This document shows, piece by piece, positions 53,866 through 64,000 of a DNA stretch of 64,000 nt; the stretch's first letter is position 1; each line of letters starts with the position of its first letter. The notes beneath the pieces were generated by a model, which worked only from the letters and a program-made list of their open reading frames with translations, did no database searches and was not told the DNA's origin. Where the stretch lies: NCBI RefSeq assembly GCF_009931435.1, contig NZ_CP043414.1. The stretch is one strand, 5' to 3'. Source of the stretch: Escherichia coli (GTDB taxonomy: Bacteria; Pseudomonadota; Gammaproteobacteria; Enterobacterales; Enterobacteriaceae). A program made the position numbers and the translations under genes.

Positions 53866-54184
53866 AGTAGTCTCCTGAGGTTTTATTAGAATCATTATGT
53901 TTGAGCGTAGCGTTGGAAACGCTACCAGGCGCGTGAATGTTACCCCATTTTATGTATGGACATGTAGTGAAAAGTACAGCTCAGTAGTTCACCCTCGCAT
54001 CATTTTCATTATAAATATGGAATTTTGCATCAACTTCCCATCAAGAAAAACAACTAAAAAATCAATCACAATACATGTGCATTTCTTTAAACAGTTTTTA
54101 AAAACTGACTCCGGGTATGGAGCTATGGGTATTTTCAGTACCCAATGCTTTTGACAGCAATTAATTTCATAGGATGAAAGCTCA

Positions 54185-56779
54185 ATGCATCAATCTGGTT
54201 CTGTTTCTCTTTGTCGTTCCGCAATATCTGTTCTGGTGGCTACAGCGTTATATTCACCCATAGCATTGGCATCAACTGTTGAGTATGGTGAGACAGTTGA
54301 TGGTGTTGTCCTGGAAAAAGATATCCAGCTGGTTTATGGGACCGCCAATAATACGAAAATCAATCCTGGCGGAGAACAGCATATAAAAGAATTTGGTGTA
54401 AGTAATAATACTGAAATTAACGGAGGGTATCAGTACATTGAAATGAATGGCACCGCAGAATACTCAGTATTAAATGACGGTTATCAAATTGTTCAAATGG
54501 GTGGCGCGGCAAACCAGACTACCCTCAATAATGGTGTGCTACAGGTTTATGGCGCAGCGAATGATACTACCATTAAAGGCGGGCGCTTAATTATTGAAAA
54601 AGATGGCATTGCCATCTTCGCCGTTATCGAAAAGGGAGGACTACTGGAGGTTAAAGATGGCGGATTGGCATTTGCGGTAGATCAAAAAGCAGGCGGTGCG
54701 ATTAAAACAACCACGCGGGCCATGGAGGTATTCGGAACAAACCGTCTCGGTCAGTTTGATATCAAAGATGGGGTTGCTAACAATATGCTGTTGGAAAACG
54801 GCGGAAGTTTGCGGGTTGAAGAGAATGACTTCGCTTATAATACCACTGTGGATAGTGGTGGTTTACTGGAGGTTATGGATGGCGGGACTGCAACTGGCGT
54901 TGACAAAAAAGCAGGCGGAAAATTAATTGTTTCAACGAATGCGCTGGAAGTGAGTGGTACAAACAGTAAAGGCCAATTTAGCATAAAAGATGGCGTGTCT
55001 AAAAATTATGAACTGGATGATGGTTCCGGGCTAATTGTTATGGAGGGCACTCAGGCAATTGACACTATCCTTGATGAGCATGCAACCATGCAATCGTTGG
55101 GAAGAGATACTGGTACGAGAGTGCAGGCACATGCAGTTTATGATCTTGGTCGGTCAGTGCAGAATGGAAGCATAAAATATTCCTCAAATGCCATATCTGA
55201 AAATATGGTTATCGATAATGGTCGCGCTAATGTCTGGACTGGCACAATGGTTAACGTAACAGTCAGAGGAAATGAGGGCATTATTGATGCAATGGCGCTA
55301 GAATTAAATTTTTATACACCGGCTACATTTTTAGGTGACTTGGTGGTTTCTGATGGTGCATCTTTAAGAACGCATGGCGCAGTGGATACCAGTAAAGCAG
55401 ATGTTTCTATCGAAGAGAGTTTTTGGACTATTATTGCCGATATCAATAATATAAACCAAAACACCCGTCTCAATTTAGCAAACCTGGTGATGTCAGACGG
55501 AACTGTCGTTATGATGGCTGAGCCAGTGACTCGTTCATCTGTGACGGCAAGTGCGGAAAATTTCACTACGTTGACCACCAATACCCTATCGGGAAACGGC
55601 AATTTTTATATGCGTACCGATATGGCTAATCATCAGAGCGATCAGCTCAACGTGACCGGTCAGGCAACAGGTGATTTCAAAATATTTGTGACGGACACGG
55701 GGGCCAGCCCGGCAGCAGGTGATAGCCTTACACTGGTAACAACGGGCGGCGGTGATGCTGCATTTACCTTGGGCAATGCCGGAGGCGTTGTTGATATCGG
55801 TACGTATGAATATACCTTGCTGGATAATGGCAACCATAGCTGGAGTCTGGCAGAGAATCGCGCGCAAATTACCCCTTCAACCACTGATGTGCTGAATATG
55901 GCGGCAGCGCAACCGCTGGTATTTGATGCAGAACTGGACACCGTGCGTGAGCGTCTTGGTAGCGTAAAAGGCGTTAATTACGATACGGCGATGTGGAGTT
56001 CGGCAATTAACACCCGCAACAACGTAACCACTGATGCGGGAGCTGGCTTTGAGCAAACATTGACGGGGCTGACGCTCGGTATCGATAGCCGTTTCTCCCG
56101 TGAAGAAAGCAGCACAATTCGTGGCTTATTCTTTGGTTACTCTCATTCTGATATTGGTTTTGATCGCGGCGGTAAAGGTAATATCGATAGCTATACTCTG
56201 GGTGCTTATGCCGGTTGGGAGCATCAAAACGGTGCCTATGTTGACGGGGTGGTGAAAGTTGACCGTTTTGCCAACACCATCCATGGCAAGATGAGTAATG
56301 GGGCAACAGCGTTTGGCGATTACAATAGTAACGGCGCGGGTGCTCATGTCGAGAGCGGGTTCCGTTGGGGGGAGGGGCTGTGGAATGTAAGGCCTTATCT
56401 GTCCTTTACCGGCTTTACCACTGATGGTCAGGACTATACGTTATCAAACGGCATGCACGCGGATGTGGGAAATACCCGCATATTACGCGCTGAAGCGGGA
56501 ACGGCGGTAAGCTATCACATGGACCTGCAAAACGGTACGACGCTGGAACCCTGGCTGAAAGCCGCCGTGCGTCAGGAATACGCCGATTCTAACCAAGTGA
56601 AAGTTAATGACGACGGCAAATTTAATAATGACGTGGCTGGAACCCGTGGCGTTTATCAGGCTGGGATAAGGTCATCGTTTACCCCGACGTTAAGCGGTCA
56701 TTTGTCTGTCAGCTATGGCAATGGCGCGGGGGTAGAATCACCGTGGAATACCCAGGCGGGTGTGGTCTGGACGTTCTGA
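54185..56779 (+). CDS. yejO: Autotransporter YejO (passenger with repeated beta-helix motifs, C-terminal beta-barrel ending in F); intact here
   Basis: 864-aa uninterrupted ORF; signal-like N-terminus; C-terminus ...GVVWTF. Confidence 0.88.
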   Translation: MHQSGSVSLCRSAISVLVATALYSPIALASTVEYGETVDGVVLEKDIQLVYGTANNTKINPGGEQHIKEFGVSNNTEINGGYQYIEMNGTAEYSVLNDGYQIVQMGGAANQTTLNNGVLQVYGAANDTTIKGGRLIIEKDGIAIFAVIEKGGLLEVKDGGLAFAVDQKAGGAIKTTTRAMEVFGTNRLGQFDIKDGVANNMLLENGGSLRVEENDFAYNTTVDSGGLLEVMDGGTATGVDKKAGGKLIVSTNALEVSGTNSKGQFSIKDGVSKNYELDDGSGLIVMEGTQAIDTILDEHATMQSLGRDTGTRVQAHAVYDLGRSVQNGSIKYSSNAISENMVIDNGRANVWTGTMVNVTVRGNEGIIDAMALELNFYTPATFLGDLVVSDGASLRTHGAVDTSKADVSIEESFWTIIADINNINQNTRLNLANLVMSDGTVVMMAEPVTRSSVTASAENFTTLTTNTLSGNGNFYMRTDMANHQSDQLNVTGQATGDFKIFVTDTGASPAAGDSLTLVTTGGGDAAFTLGNAGGVVDIGTYEYTLLDNGNHSWSLAENRAQITPSTTDVLNMAAAQPLVFDAELDTVRERLGSVKGVNYDTAMWSSAINTRNNVTTDAGAGFEQTLTGLTLGIDSRFSREESSTIRGLFFGYSHSDIGFDRGGKGNIDSYTLGAYAGWEHQNGAYVDGVVKVDRFANTIHGKMSNGATAFGDYNSNGAGAHVESGFRWGEGLWNVRPYLSFTGFTTDGQDYTLSNGMHADVGNTRILRAEAGTAVSYHMDLQNGTTLEPWLKAAVRQEYADSNQVKVNDDGKFNNDVAGTRGVYQAGIRSSFTPTLSGHLSVSYGNGAGVESPWNTQAGVVWTF

Positions 56780-56840
56780 TAACAGAAAATAAACAGGCCG
56801 TAATGTGTCGCGGTCTGTTTATCAAATTAATCGCAGATAT

Positions 56841-56872
56841 AAAAAAACCAACCACAATAGGTTGGTTTTCTT
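56841..56872. terminator. Bidirectional terminator between yejO and proL
   Basis: A7 run, stem ccaacc/ggttgg, T-run. Confidence 0.65.
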
Positions 56873-56880
56873 GGGATTTT

Positions 56881-56957
56881 TGGTCGGCACGAGAGGATTT
56901 GAACCTCCGACCCCCGACACCCCATGACGGTGCGCTACCAGGCTGCGCTACGTGCCG
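56881..56957 (-). tRNA. proL: tRNA-Pro (anticodon GGG)
   Basis: Minus strand reads CGGCACGTAGCGCAGCCTGGTAGCGCACCGTCATGGGGTGTCGGGGGTCGGAGGTTCAAATCCTCTCGTGCCGACCA: 7-bp acceptor stem, T-loop TTCAAAT, anticodon loop with GGG, encoded CCA. Confidence 0.92.
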
Positions 56958-57031
56958 ACTCGTGGCTGCTAATACTACCGTTTTCCACAACGAATGCAAG
57001 TAAGATATTTCGCTAACTGATTTATAATTAA

Positions 57032-58792
57032 TCAGTTAGCGATAAAACGCTTCTCGTCTGTCAGCACCTGCAATAACAAACTTAACTGTGGTTTTTCATC
57101 TTTCACTCTTTCACCACGTAAGTTGTACGTGCGGTATTTACCGTTATTGTTCAGCACTAACGTCATTTTCGGGGTGGTAATTGCCAGCGTATCGTTATCC
57201 GCAGCCGTAACCCAGTAATGACGGCGTTGGGGGTTGAACAAATCCTGACCTTGTGAATATTCGCTGGCAGGTGTGCTGACATGTAGCAGGCGTTGCATCA
57301 GTGTCGTCATCAGATCGGTATGATCGGTCAGGGCATTAATACGCTGCGCCGGTGTGCCGGGCCAGTGAATCACTAATGGCACCTGAAGATGACCGTGGGA
57401 CCAGTCAAAGGTTTCTTCCCCTTCGTTCAGCGGAATACCCCGACCGGCAGTGATAATCACTACCGTATTGACCAGTTTGCCGGAATCACGCAGCGCATTT
57501 AGCACGCGGTTGATCTGGTCATCAACATTGCCTGCCGCCCGGCTATATTTCCGTGCAAATGCCAGCTGATTGCTGTCGTCAATGTTAGTGCCATTGAAAG
57601 ACACCCACGAGAACCAGCGGTTATCTTCTTGTGCGTAGCGGCCCAGCCAGTTGATCCACTGCGTGGCGGTCTGCTCGTCGGATTGGGTACGTACGCTCGG
57701 CATCGAGAAATCTGACAACAATGCCTGGCGATACAGCGGGCTGGTAAAGCCATCTGATGAGAATAACCCCAGCTGATAGCCTTGCTGATTAAGCGCAGTA
57801 ATTAACGCCGCAGGCGTACGGGTCGACAGAATGCCGTCCATATAGCTTGGCGAGATGCCATAGAACAGGCCAAAGATGCCGTTGTCTGTAGTGTTGCCGG
57901 AGCTCATATGGCGCGTGAACGAAATATTTTGCTCAGCAAAACCTGCCAGCGCAGGCATCTGCTTCTCGAAGCGTGAGTAGTTCAGGCCATCGACAGTAAT
58001 CAACAGCACATTCTGCCCGGTGCCCATATCGCGATAGCGCAGTTCGCTTAACGGATACTGAACGGAAACAGCGTCTGGGTTACCTTGCTCAATGAGACGG
58101 CGTTGATACTCTTGTGCATCAAGCAAACCATGCTTCTCAAGAAAACGTCGTGCCGTCATCGGGTACGAAAGCGGCAGGTTAGCGCGCTGCATGGTGATCG
58201 GGCGATAGAAGTTGGCATCGGCCCAGATATACACCACATGCGAGGCAATAAAAGCGATAAATAAGAATGCGGCCAGCGGGCGCACGAAGCGCCGACGACG
58301 CGTCAGGCTGCGTAGCTTTTGCCAGCTCCACGTCGCAAACACCAGTTCAAGCAATAAAATAACCGGCACGCTAATGAACATCAGCTGCCAGTCGCGCGCC
58401 ATCTCATTTTCGTCTGGGTTGATAACCAACTGCCAGACGATGGGATTAAGATGGAGATGGAAACGAGTAAAGACTTCGCTATCGATCAGTAATAGCGTCA
58501 TTCCCGCCGTTGCTAAAATGACGGACAAAAACCTCATCAGCCTCTGGGAGCCGACGATAAAAGTCAGCGGGAAGAGGATCAGCAAGTAGGTGGCGAACAC
58601 CAGGAAGCTGAAATGGCCGATAATGCTTACGTAGGAATAAATGCGACCAGCAAGCGTTGTCGGCCAGTCGGCGATAAACAGGTAACGGCTGCCAATGACG
58701 AGCGAAAGCAGAATATTGAACAGTGCAAACCAGTGCCCCCAACTGACCATCTGAGAGACTTTTTCACGGTAGCGCTGACGATGAGTTACCAT
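57032..58792 (-). CDS. yejM: Inner-membrane protein YejM (LapC), sulfatase-like periplasmic domain
   Basis: 586-aa ORF MVTHRQRYREK...; five N-terminal TM helices. Confidence 0.95.
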   Translation of the reverse strand: MVTHRQRYREKVSQMVSWGHWFALFNILLSLVIGSRYLFIADWPTTLAGRIYSYVSIIGHFSFLVFATYLLILFPLTFIVGSQRLMRFLSVILATAGMTLLLIDSEVFTRFHLHLNPIVWQLVINPDENEMARDWQLMFISVPVILLLELVFATWSWQKLRSLTRRRRFVRPLAAFLFIAFIASHVVYIWADANFYRPITMQRANLPLSYPMTARRFLEKHGLLDAQEYQRRLIEQGNPDAVSVQYPLSELRYRDMGTGQNVLLITVDGLNYSRFEKQMPALAGFAEQNISFTRHMSSGNTTDNGIFGLFYGISPSYMDGILSTRTPAALITALNQQGYQLGLFSSDGFTSPLYRQALLSDFSMPSVRTQSDEQTATQWINWLGRYAQEDNRWFSWVSFNGTNIDDSNQLAFARKYSRAAGNVDDQINRVLNALRDSGKLVNTVVIITAGRGIPLNEGEETFDWSHGHLQVPLVIHWPGTPAQRINALTDHTDLMTTLMQRLLHVSTPASEYSQGQDLFNPQRRHYWVTAADNDTLAITTPKMTLVLNNNGKYRTYNLRGERVKDEKPQLSLLLQVLTDEKRFIAN

Positions 58793-58811
58793 AACCTGTT
58801 ATCTGTTTCCC

Positions 58812-59039
58812 TTAGTGCGCTTTGTCTTCGTTGATAGAGGACTGTAAGGCGCGGGCAAAAGAGTTGGCAATTGCCTGGCGTTGGGCCGGGGCAATGCTGG
58901 TGTTGATAAGGTTAGTGACCATGTTGCCTAACACCATCAGGGAAAGGTCGGTCGGAGCCTTATGTTTTTCCAGTACGTTGAGCAGCTCTGCGAGCAATTG
59001 TTCAACCTGTTCATCACTGTAGCGGGAAATTTGTGGCAT
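58812..59039 (-). CDS. yejL: UPF0352-family small protein YejL
   Basis: 75-aa [19 protein letters not shown]... immediately upstream of yejM. Confidence 0.9.
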
Positions 59040-59220
59040 AAATCGAAATCAGTTAGTTGATGAAAGGGCAACATATTACCGTAGCAACGGTTTTTTTTCT
59101 GCTTTTTTATGCGTTAAATCATTCTCGTTACGCCGCCTTCTGTAAAATGACCGCCATCTTTTATTGCGTCGCTTTACCGGCGGTGGTTGAATACCGGCCG
59201 GTCTTAAAGGAGAGTTTATC

Positions 59221-60228
59221 ATGAGTCTGGATATCAACCAGATTGCTCTGCACCAGCTTATCAAGCGTGATGAGCAGAACCTTGAGCTGGTGTTGCGCGA
59301 TTCATTGCTGGAACCGACAGAAACCGTCGTAGAGATGGTGGCAGAACTGCATCGGGTCTATAGCGCCAAAAATAAAGCATACGGCTTGTTCAGCGAAGAG
59401 AGTGAACTGGCGCAGACGCTGCGCTTACAGCGTCAGGGCGAAGAGGACTTTCTGGCATTTAGCCGCGCGGCAACCGGTCGCCTGCGTGACGAATTAGCGA
59501 AATATCCTTTTGCTGACGGTGGATTCGTGCTGTTTTGCCACTATCGCTATCTGGCGGTGGAGTATCTGCTGGTGGCAGTTCTGAGCAACCTGAGCAGTAT
59601 GCGTGTTAACGAAAATCTCGACATCAACCCAACCCATTATCTTGATATCAATCATGCGGATATTGTTGCGCGTATCGATTTAACCGAGTGGGAAACCAAT
59701 CCAGAGTCGACCCGCTATCTCACTTTCCTGAAAGGGCGAGTAGGGCGCAAAGTGGCCGATTTCTTCATGGACTTCCTCGGTGCCAGCGAAGGGTTGAACG
59801 CGAAAGCGCAAAACCGCGGATTATTGCAGGCGGTTGATGATTTCACTGCCGAAGCACAACTGGATAAAGCAGAACGGCAGAACGTGCGTCAGCAGGTCTA
59901 CAGCTACTGTAATGAGCAATTGCAGGCGGGTGAAGAGATCGAGCTTGAATCGCTGTCGAAAGAGCTGGCGGGCGTCAGCGAAGTGAGCTTCACGGAATTT
60001 GCGGCTGAAAAAGGCTACGAACTTGAAGAGAGCTTCCCGGCAGACCGTAGCACGTTGCGTCAGTTGACGAAGTTTGCCGGTAGCGGCGGTGGCTTGACTA
60101 TTAACTTTGATGCGATGCTGTTGGGCGAACGGATTTTCTGGGATCCGGCGACCGATACCCTGACCATTAAAGGCACGCCGCCGAACCTGCGCGATCAATT
60201 GCAGCGCCGGACGTCTGGCGGCAATTAA
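59221..60228 (+). CDS. yejK: Nucleoid-associated protein YejK (NdpA)
   Basis: 335-aa [22 protein letters not shown]... Confidence 0.95.
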
Positions 60229-60247
60229 TCGGTTTGGTGTTATGAAT

Positions 60248-60281
60248 GCCAGATGCGGCGTGAACGCCTTATCTGGCCTAC
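60248..60281. repeat. Single REP element downstream of yejK
   Basis: gccagatgcggcgtgaacgccttatctggcctac. Confidence 0.75.
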
Positions 60282-60321
60282 AAAAAATAGCAATACCGTA
60301 ATCAGGCATAATTTGCAGATA

Positions 60322-60352
60322 CAAAAAACCCCGCCGGAGCGGGGTTTTTTTT
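60322..60352. terminator. Bidirectional rho-independent terminator shared by yejK and rplY
   Basis: A6, stem ccccgc-cggagc-gggg, T8. Confidence 0.8.
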
Positions 60353-60368
60353 ACAACTTATTCAGCGA

Positions 60369-60761
<393 letters not shown>

Positions 60762-60777
60762 TCAATTAAAACTACCA

Positions 60778-62538
60778 TTAACCGCGTAATTCGTGTGCCC
60801 GACGAAAACGACCTTCGTAATCAAACACTTTTTCGCGCACTTGCCAGTACTGGCCTTTCATTCGTGCGACGACGAAATCCGGATGGCGCAGCAACGCTTG
60901 TTGGGCGAGGATATCAGCAGCGGTGATCCAGCGCAGAGGGATGCCCGGTGTACGCGTATGCGGGCGGATAAAAAGCTGCTCGAAGGCGGTACGCTGGGCG
61001 GGCGTTTGCAGACGGAAACGCTCACTCACATCCGCGCCGTCTTCATCGTAATAGGTGATTTTCAGCCATTCGCCTTTCTCGTCGTGCCCATGCTGTAAAG
61101 ACATGCCGCTACAGCGTAATACCAGCGCGTCTTTCAGTCGTAGCGCCGCTTTTAACATATCGTCCGGATCAACCAGAATGGTGTCACATTCGCGGCAGCG
61201 GCGGGCGGCTATATCATTTTCTGCGTTACATTGTGGGCAATTCTTAAAACGGAAGCGGAAGTCACACTGTTCGCGATGACCGTCGTCATCTTCAAACCAT
61301 CCCTGACAACGACGACCAAAGTGTTCAATCAATGTCCCGTCAGCGGTCGTTTTCCCCCAAAAGGTGTTGGCAAAACCGCAGGCAGGGCAGAAAACCTGTA
61401 CCGGAACGTTGTCACTTTTTCCTTTCGGTGTACCGACCTCCGGCGCGTAGAGATCGTGAGGATTACCCGCATAATCAAGAATTAAGCAATCAGTCTTGCC
61501 TGGAGCCAGACGCAGACCGCGCCCGACAATTTGTTGGTAAAGACTCACCGATTCGGTAGGGCGCAGAATAGCGATAAGATCGACGTGCGGGGCGTCAAAT
61601 CCGGTGGTCAGTACCGCGACGTTGACCAGATAGCGAAAACGCTGGGCTTTAAAATCTTCAATTAATACATCGCGTTCAGCGCCGGGCGTGTCGCCGGTAA
61701 TAAGTGCTGCATCCTCAGCGGGCAGCAAGCCGACAATCTCTTTTGCGTGTTCGACTGTCGCAGCGAAAATCATCACCCCTTTGCGCGTTGCGGCGAACTC
61801 CATAATCTGGCTGATGATGTGCGGGGTAATACGTTGCTGTTTTTTCAGCTCACGGTTGAGATCGGCTTCGCTGAACAGCCCGTTACTCTGTGCCTGCAAT
61901 CGGCTGAAATCGTATTGCACTACTGGCATATCCAGTCGTTCTGGCGGCGTCAGATAGCCGTGTTTAATCATATAACGCAGCGGCAGCTCATAAATACAGT
62001 CGCGGAAAAGGGCTTTCTCATCGCCGCGTACCATGCCGTGATAATGAAACTGATAAATCCAGCCTTTGCCCAACCGAAAAGGCGTGGCAGTCAGCCCTAA
62101 CAGGCGTAATCGGGGATTCACTTTTGTCAGGTGAGTGAGGATTTGCTGATACTGGCTCTCTTCATCGTCACCAATACGATGGCATTCATCGACAATCAAC
62201 AGTGAAAATTCACCCTGAAAGGCATCAAGGTTACGGGCGACCGATTGCACGCTGCCAAATACTACTTTACCGTGGCTCTCTTTACGCTTTAGCCCAGCGG
62301 CAAAGATATCGGCTTCCAGTCCCAGCGCCTGATATTTTGCATGGTTTTGCGCCACCAGCTCTTTAACGTGTGCCAGCACCAGCACACGACCACGCGCCAG
62401 CCGCGCCAGTTCCGCTATCACCAGGCTTTTACCGGCACCGGTGGGCAGCACGATAACGGCAGGGGTTTTATGACGACGAAAATGGTTGAGCGTGGCATCC
62501 ACGGCTTCTTGCTGATATGGACGGAGTGTAAAAATCAT
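60778..62538 (-). CDS. radD: Superfamily-2 DNA repair helicase RadD (YejH)
   Basis: 586-aa ORF; Walker [13 protein letters not shown] box, C-terminal Zn-finger-like Cys cluster. Confidence 0.95.
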   Translation of the reverse strand: MIFTLRPYQQEAVDATLNHFRRHKTPAVIVLPTGAGKSLVIAELARLARGRVLVLAHVKELVAQNHAKYQALGLEADIFAAGLKRKESHGKVVFGSVQSVARNLDAFQGEFSLLIVDECHRIGDDEESQYQQILTHLTKVNPRLRLLGLTATPFRLGKGWIYQFHYHGMVRGDEKALFRDCIYELPLRYMIKHGYLTPPERLDMPVVQYDFSRLQAQSNGLFSEADLNRELKKQQRITPHIISQIMEFAATRKGVMIFAATVEHAKEIVGLLPAEDAALITGDTPGAERDVLIEDFKAQRFRYLVNVAVLTTGFDAPHVDLIAILRPTESVSLYQQIVGRGLRLAPGKTDCLILDYAGNPHDLYAPEVGTPKGKSDNVPVQVFCPACGFANTFWGKTTADGTLIEHFGRRCQGWFEDDDGHREQCDFRFRFKNCPQCNAENDIAARRCRECDTILVDPDDMLKAALRLKDALVLRCSGMSLQHGHDEKGEWLKITYYDEDGADVSERFRLQTPAQRTAFEQLFIRPHTRTPGIPLRWITAADILAQQALLRHPDFVVARMKGQYWQVREKVFDYEGRFRRAHELRG

Positions 62539-62686
62539 GGTCTCGCGTAGGTAGATTATTCTGCTAATAGTATGCCACGGATCTTTTTCCCTTGAGGGAA
62601 GTTATTAGACCGCTATACTGGGCAGACAACAGTTCAGATTTTCGGGTCAATGCCCGACCTCCGTTTTTACAGGCAAAATCACACAC

Positions 62687-63382
62687 ATGCGACTTGATAA
62701 ATTTATCGCACAGCAACTCGGCGTAAGCCGTGCTATTGCCGGGCGTGAAATCCGCGGCAATCGTGTCACCGTCGATGGCGAAATCGTCCGTAACGCAGCG
62801 TTCAAACTGCTACCTGAACATGAAGTCGCTTACGATGGCAATCCGCTGGCGCAGCAACACGGTCCACGTTACTTCATGCTCAATAAGCCTCAGGGCTATG
62901 TTTGCTCAACTGATGACCCGGATCACCCAACGGTGCTCTATTTTCTTGATGAACCGGTAGCGTGGAAACTGCACGCCGCAGGGCGTCTGGATATCGATAC
63001 CACCGGTCTGGTGCTGATGACTGATGATGGTCAGTGGTCGCACCGCATTACTTCTCCGCGCCATCATTGCGAGAAGACCTATCTGGTGACGCTGGAATCA
63101 CCCGTAGCTGACGATACGGCAGAGCAATTTGCTAAAGGCGTGCAGCTGCATAACGAAAAAGATCTCACTAAGCCGGCGAGGCTGGAAGTGATTACCCCAA
63201 CGCAGGTTCGTCTGACCATCAGCGAAGGGCGTTATCATCAGGTGAAACGCATGTTCGCCGCCGTGGGTAACCACGTGGTTGAGCTGCATCGTGAACGTAT
63301 TGGCGGCATTACGCTGGATGCTGATTTAGCCCCCGGTGAATATCGTCCGTTAACTGAAGAAGAAATTGCCAGCGTCGTCTAA
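62687..63382 (+). CDS. rsuA: 16S rRNA pseudouridine(516) synthase RsuA
   Basis: 231-aa [18 protein letters not shown]... (S4 domain) plus pseudouridine synthase core. Confidence 0.95.
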   Translation: MRLDKFIAQQLGVSRAIAGREIRGNRVTVDGEIVRNAAFKLLPEHEVAYDGNPLAQQHGPRYFMLNKPQGYVCSTDDPDHPTVLYFLDEPVAWKLHAAGRLDIDTTGLVLMTDDGQWSHRITSPRHHCEKTYLVTLESPVADDTAEQFAKGVQLHNEKDLTKPARLEVITPTQVRLTISEGRYHQVKRMFAAVGNHVVELHRERIGGITLDADLAPGEYRPLTEEEIASVV

Positions 63383-63409
63383 CTTTTTAATGACTTTCAG
63401 GAGCCCGTT

Positions 63410-64000
63410 GTGACCACCCGACAGCATTCGTCGTTTGCTATTGTTTTTATCCTTGGCCTGCTGGCCATGTTGATGCCGCTGTCGATTGATATGTATCTGC
63501 CCGCGCTACCGGTAATTTCAGCGCAATTTGGCGTACCTGCGGGCAGTACGCAGATGACCCTCAGTACTTATATTCTGGGCTTTGCGTTGGGGCAGTTAAT
63601 CTACGGGCCAATGGCAGACAGTTTCGGGCGTAAGCCGGTGGTTCTTGGCGGTACGCTGGTGTTTGCCGCCGCCGCGGTGGCGTGTGCGTTGGCACAAACC
63701 ATCGATCAGCTGATTGTGATGCGTTTCTTCCACGGTCTGGCTGCGGCTGCGGCCAGCGTGGTTATCAACGCTTTAATGCGTGATATCTACCCGAAGGAAG
63801 AGTTCTCACGGATGATGTCGTTTGTCATGCTGGTGACGACCATTGCACCGCTGATGGCACCGATAGTTGGCGGCTGGGTGCTGGTGTGGCTGAGCTGGCA
63901 TTACATCTTCTGGATCCTCGCCGTAGCGGCGATTCTGGCTTCGGCAATGATCTTCTTTCTGATCAAAGAAACCTTACCACCGGAGCGTCGCCAGCCTTTT
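63410..64000 (+). CDS. bcr: MFS bicyclomycin/multidrug efflux transporter Bcr (5-prime part; runs off the window end)
   Basis: GTG start after a caggag RBS; translation (V)[33 protein letters not shown]..., open to the window end; not in the ORF track because it has no stop. Confidence 0.85.
   Translation, partial: MTTRQHSSFAIVFILGLLAMLMPLSIDMYLPALPVISAQFGVPAGSTQMTLSTYILGFALGQLIYGPMADSFGRKPVVLGGTLVFAAAAVACALAQTIDQLIVMRFFHGLAAAAASVVINALMRDIYPKEEFSRMMSFVMLVTTIAPLMAPIVGGWVLVWLSWHYIFWILAVAAILASAMIFFLIKETLPPERRQPF

Noticed and set aside
53897-54154. 85-aa plus-strand ORF upstream of yejO
   Set aside because: It sits in an AT-rich promoter region, lacks a convincing RBS, and its translation (poly-Ile/Phe/Asn) reflects AT-rich DNA rather than a protein
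56709-57003. Small ORFs on both strands overlapping proL
   Set aside because: They overlap a confidently identified tRNA-Pro gene and its terminator

Overview
This 64 kb window reads as ordinary Escherichia coli core chromosome (the gyrA / ato / rcs / ompC / nap-ccm neighbourhood, in reverse orientation relative to the usual K-12 map), running from the nrdA-yfaL intergenic region to the start of bcr. Gene identities were assigned by recognising the ORF-track translations, their motifs and their gene order; no search was run, and starts were adjusted within the supplied ORFs to the protein lengths I recall. Order: yfaL (+), ubiG (-), gyrA (+), yfaA-yfaT-yfaS-yfaQ-yfaP (+), atoB-atoE-atoA-atoD (-), atoC-atoS (-), rcsC (+), rcsB-rcsD (-), micF (-), ompC (+), apbE, ada-alkB, yojI, mqo (+), eco (-), napFDAGHBC-ccmABCDEFGH (+), narP (-), yejO (+), tRNA-Pro proL (-), yejM-yejL (-), yejK (+), rplY (-), radD/yejH (-), rsuA (+), bcr (+, partial). 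I see no IS elements, integrases, prophage genes, CRISPR arrays or recognisable defence systems, so I do not think the window holds a genuinely undescribed system. The least-understood content is the five-gene yfaATSQP envelope cluster built around an intact, thioester-less alpha-2-macroglobulin homologue (YfaS). Other points worth a look are two 113-bp-period REP/BIME tandem duplications, wild-type gyrA QRDR codons, and signs that the strain is not K-12 MG1655-like at yfaS and yejO.
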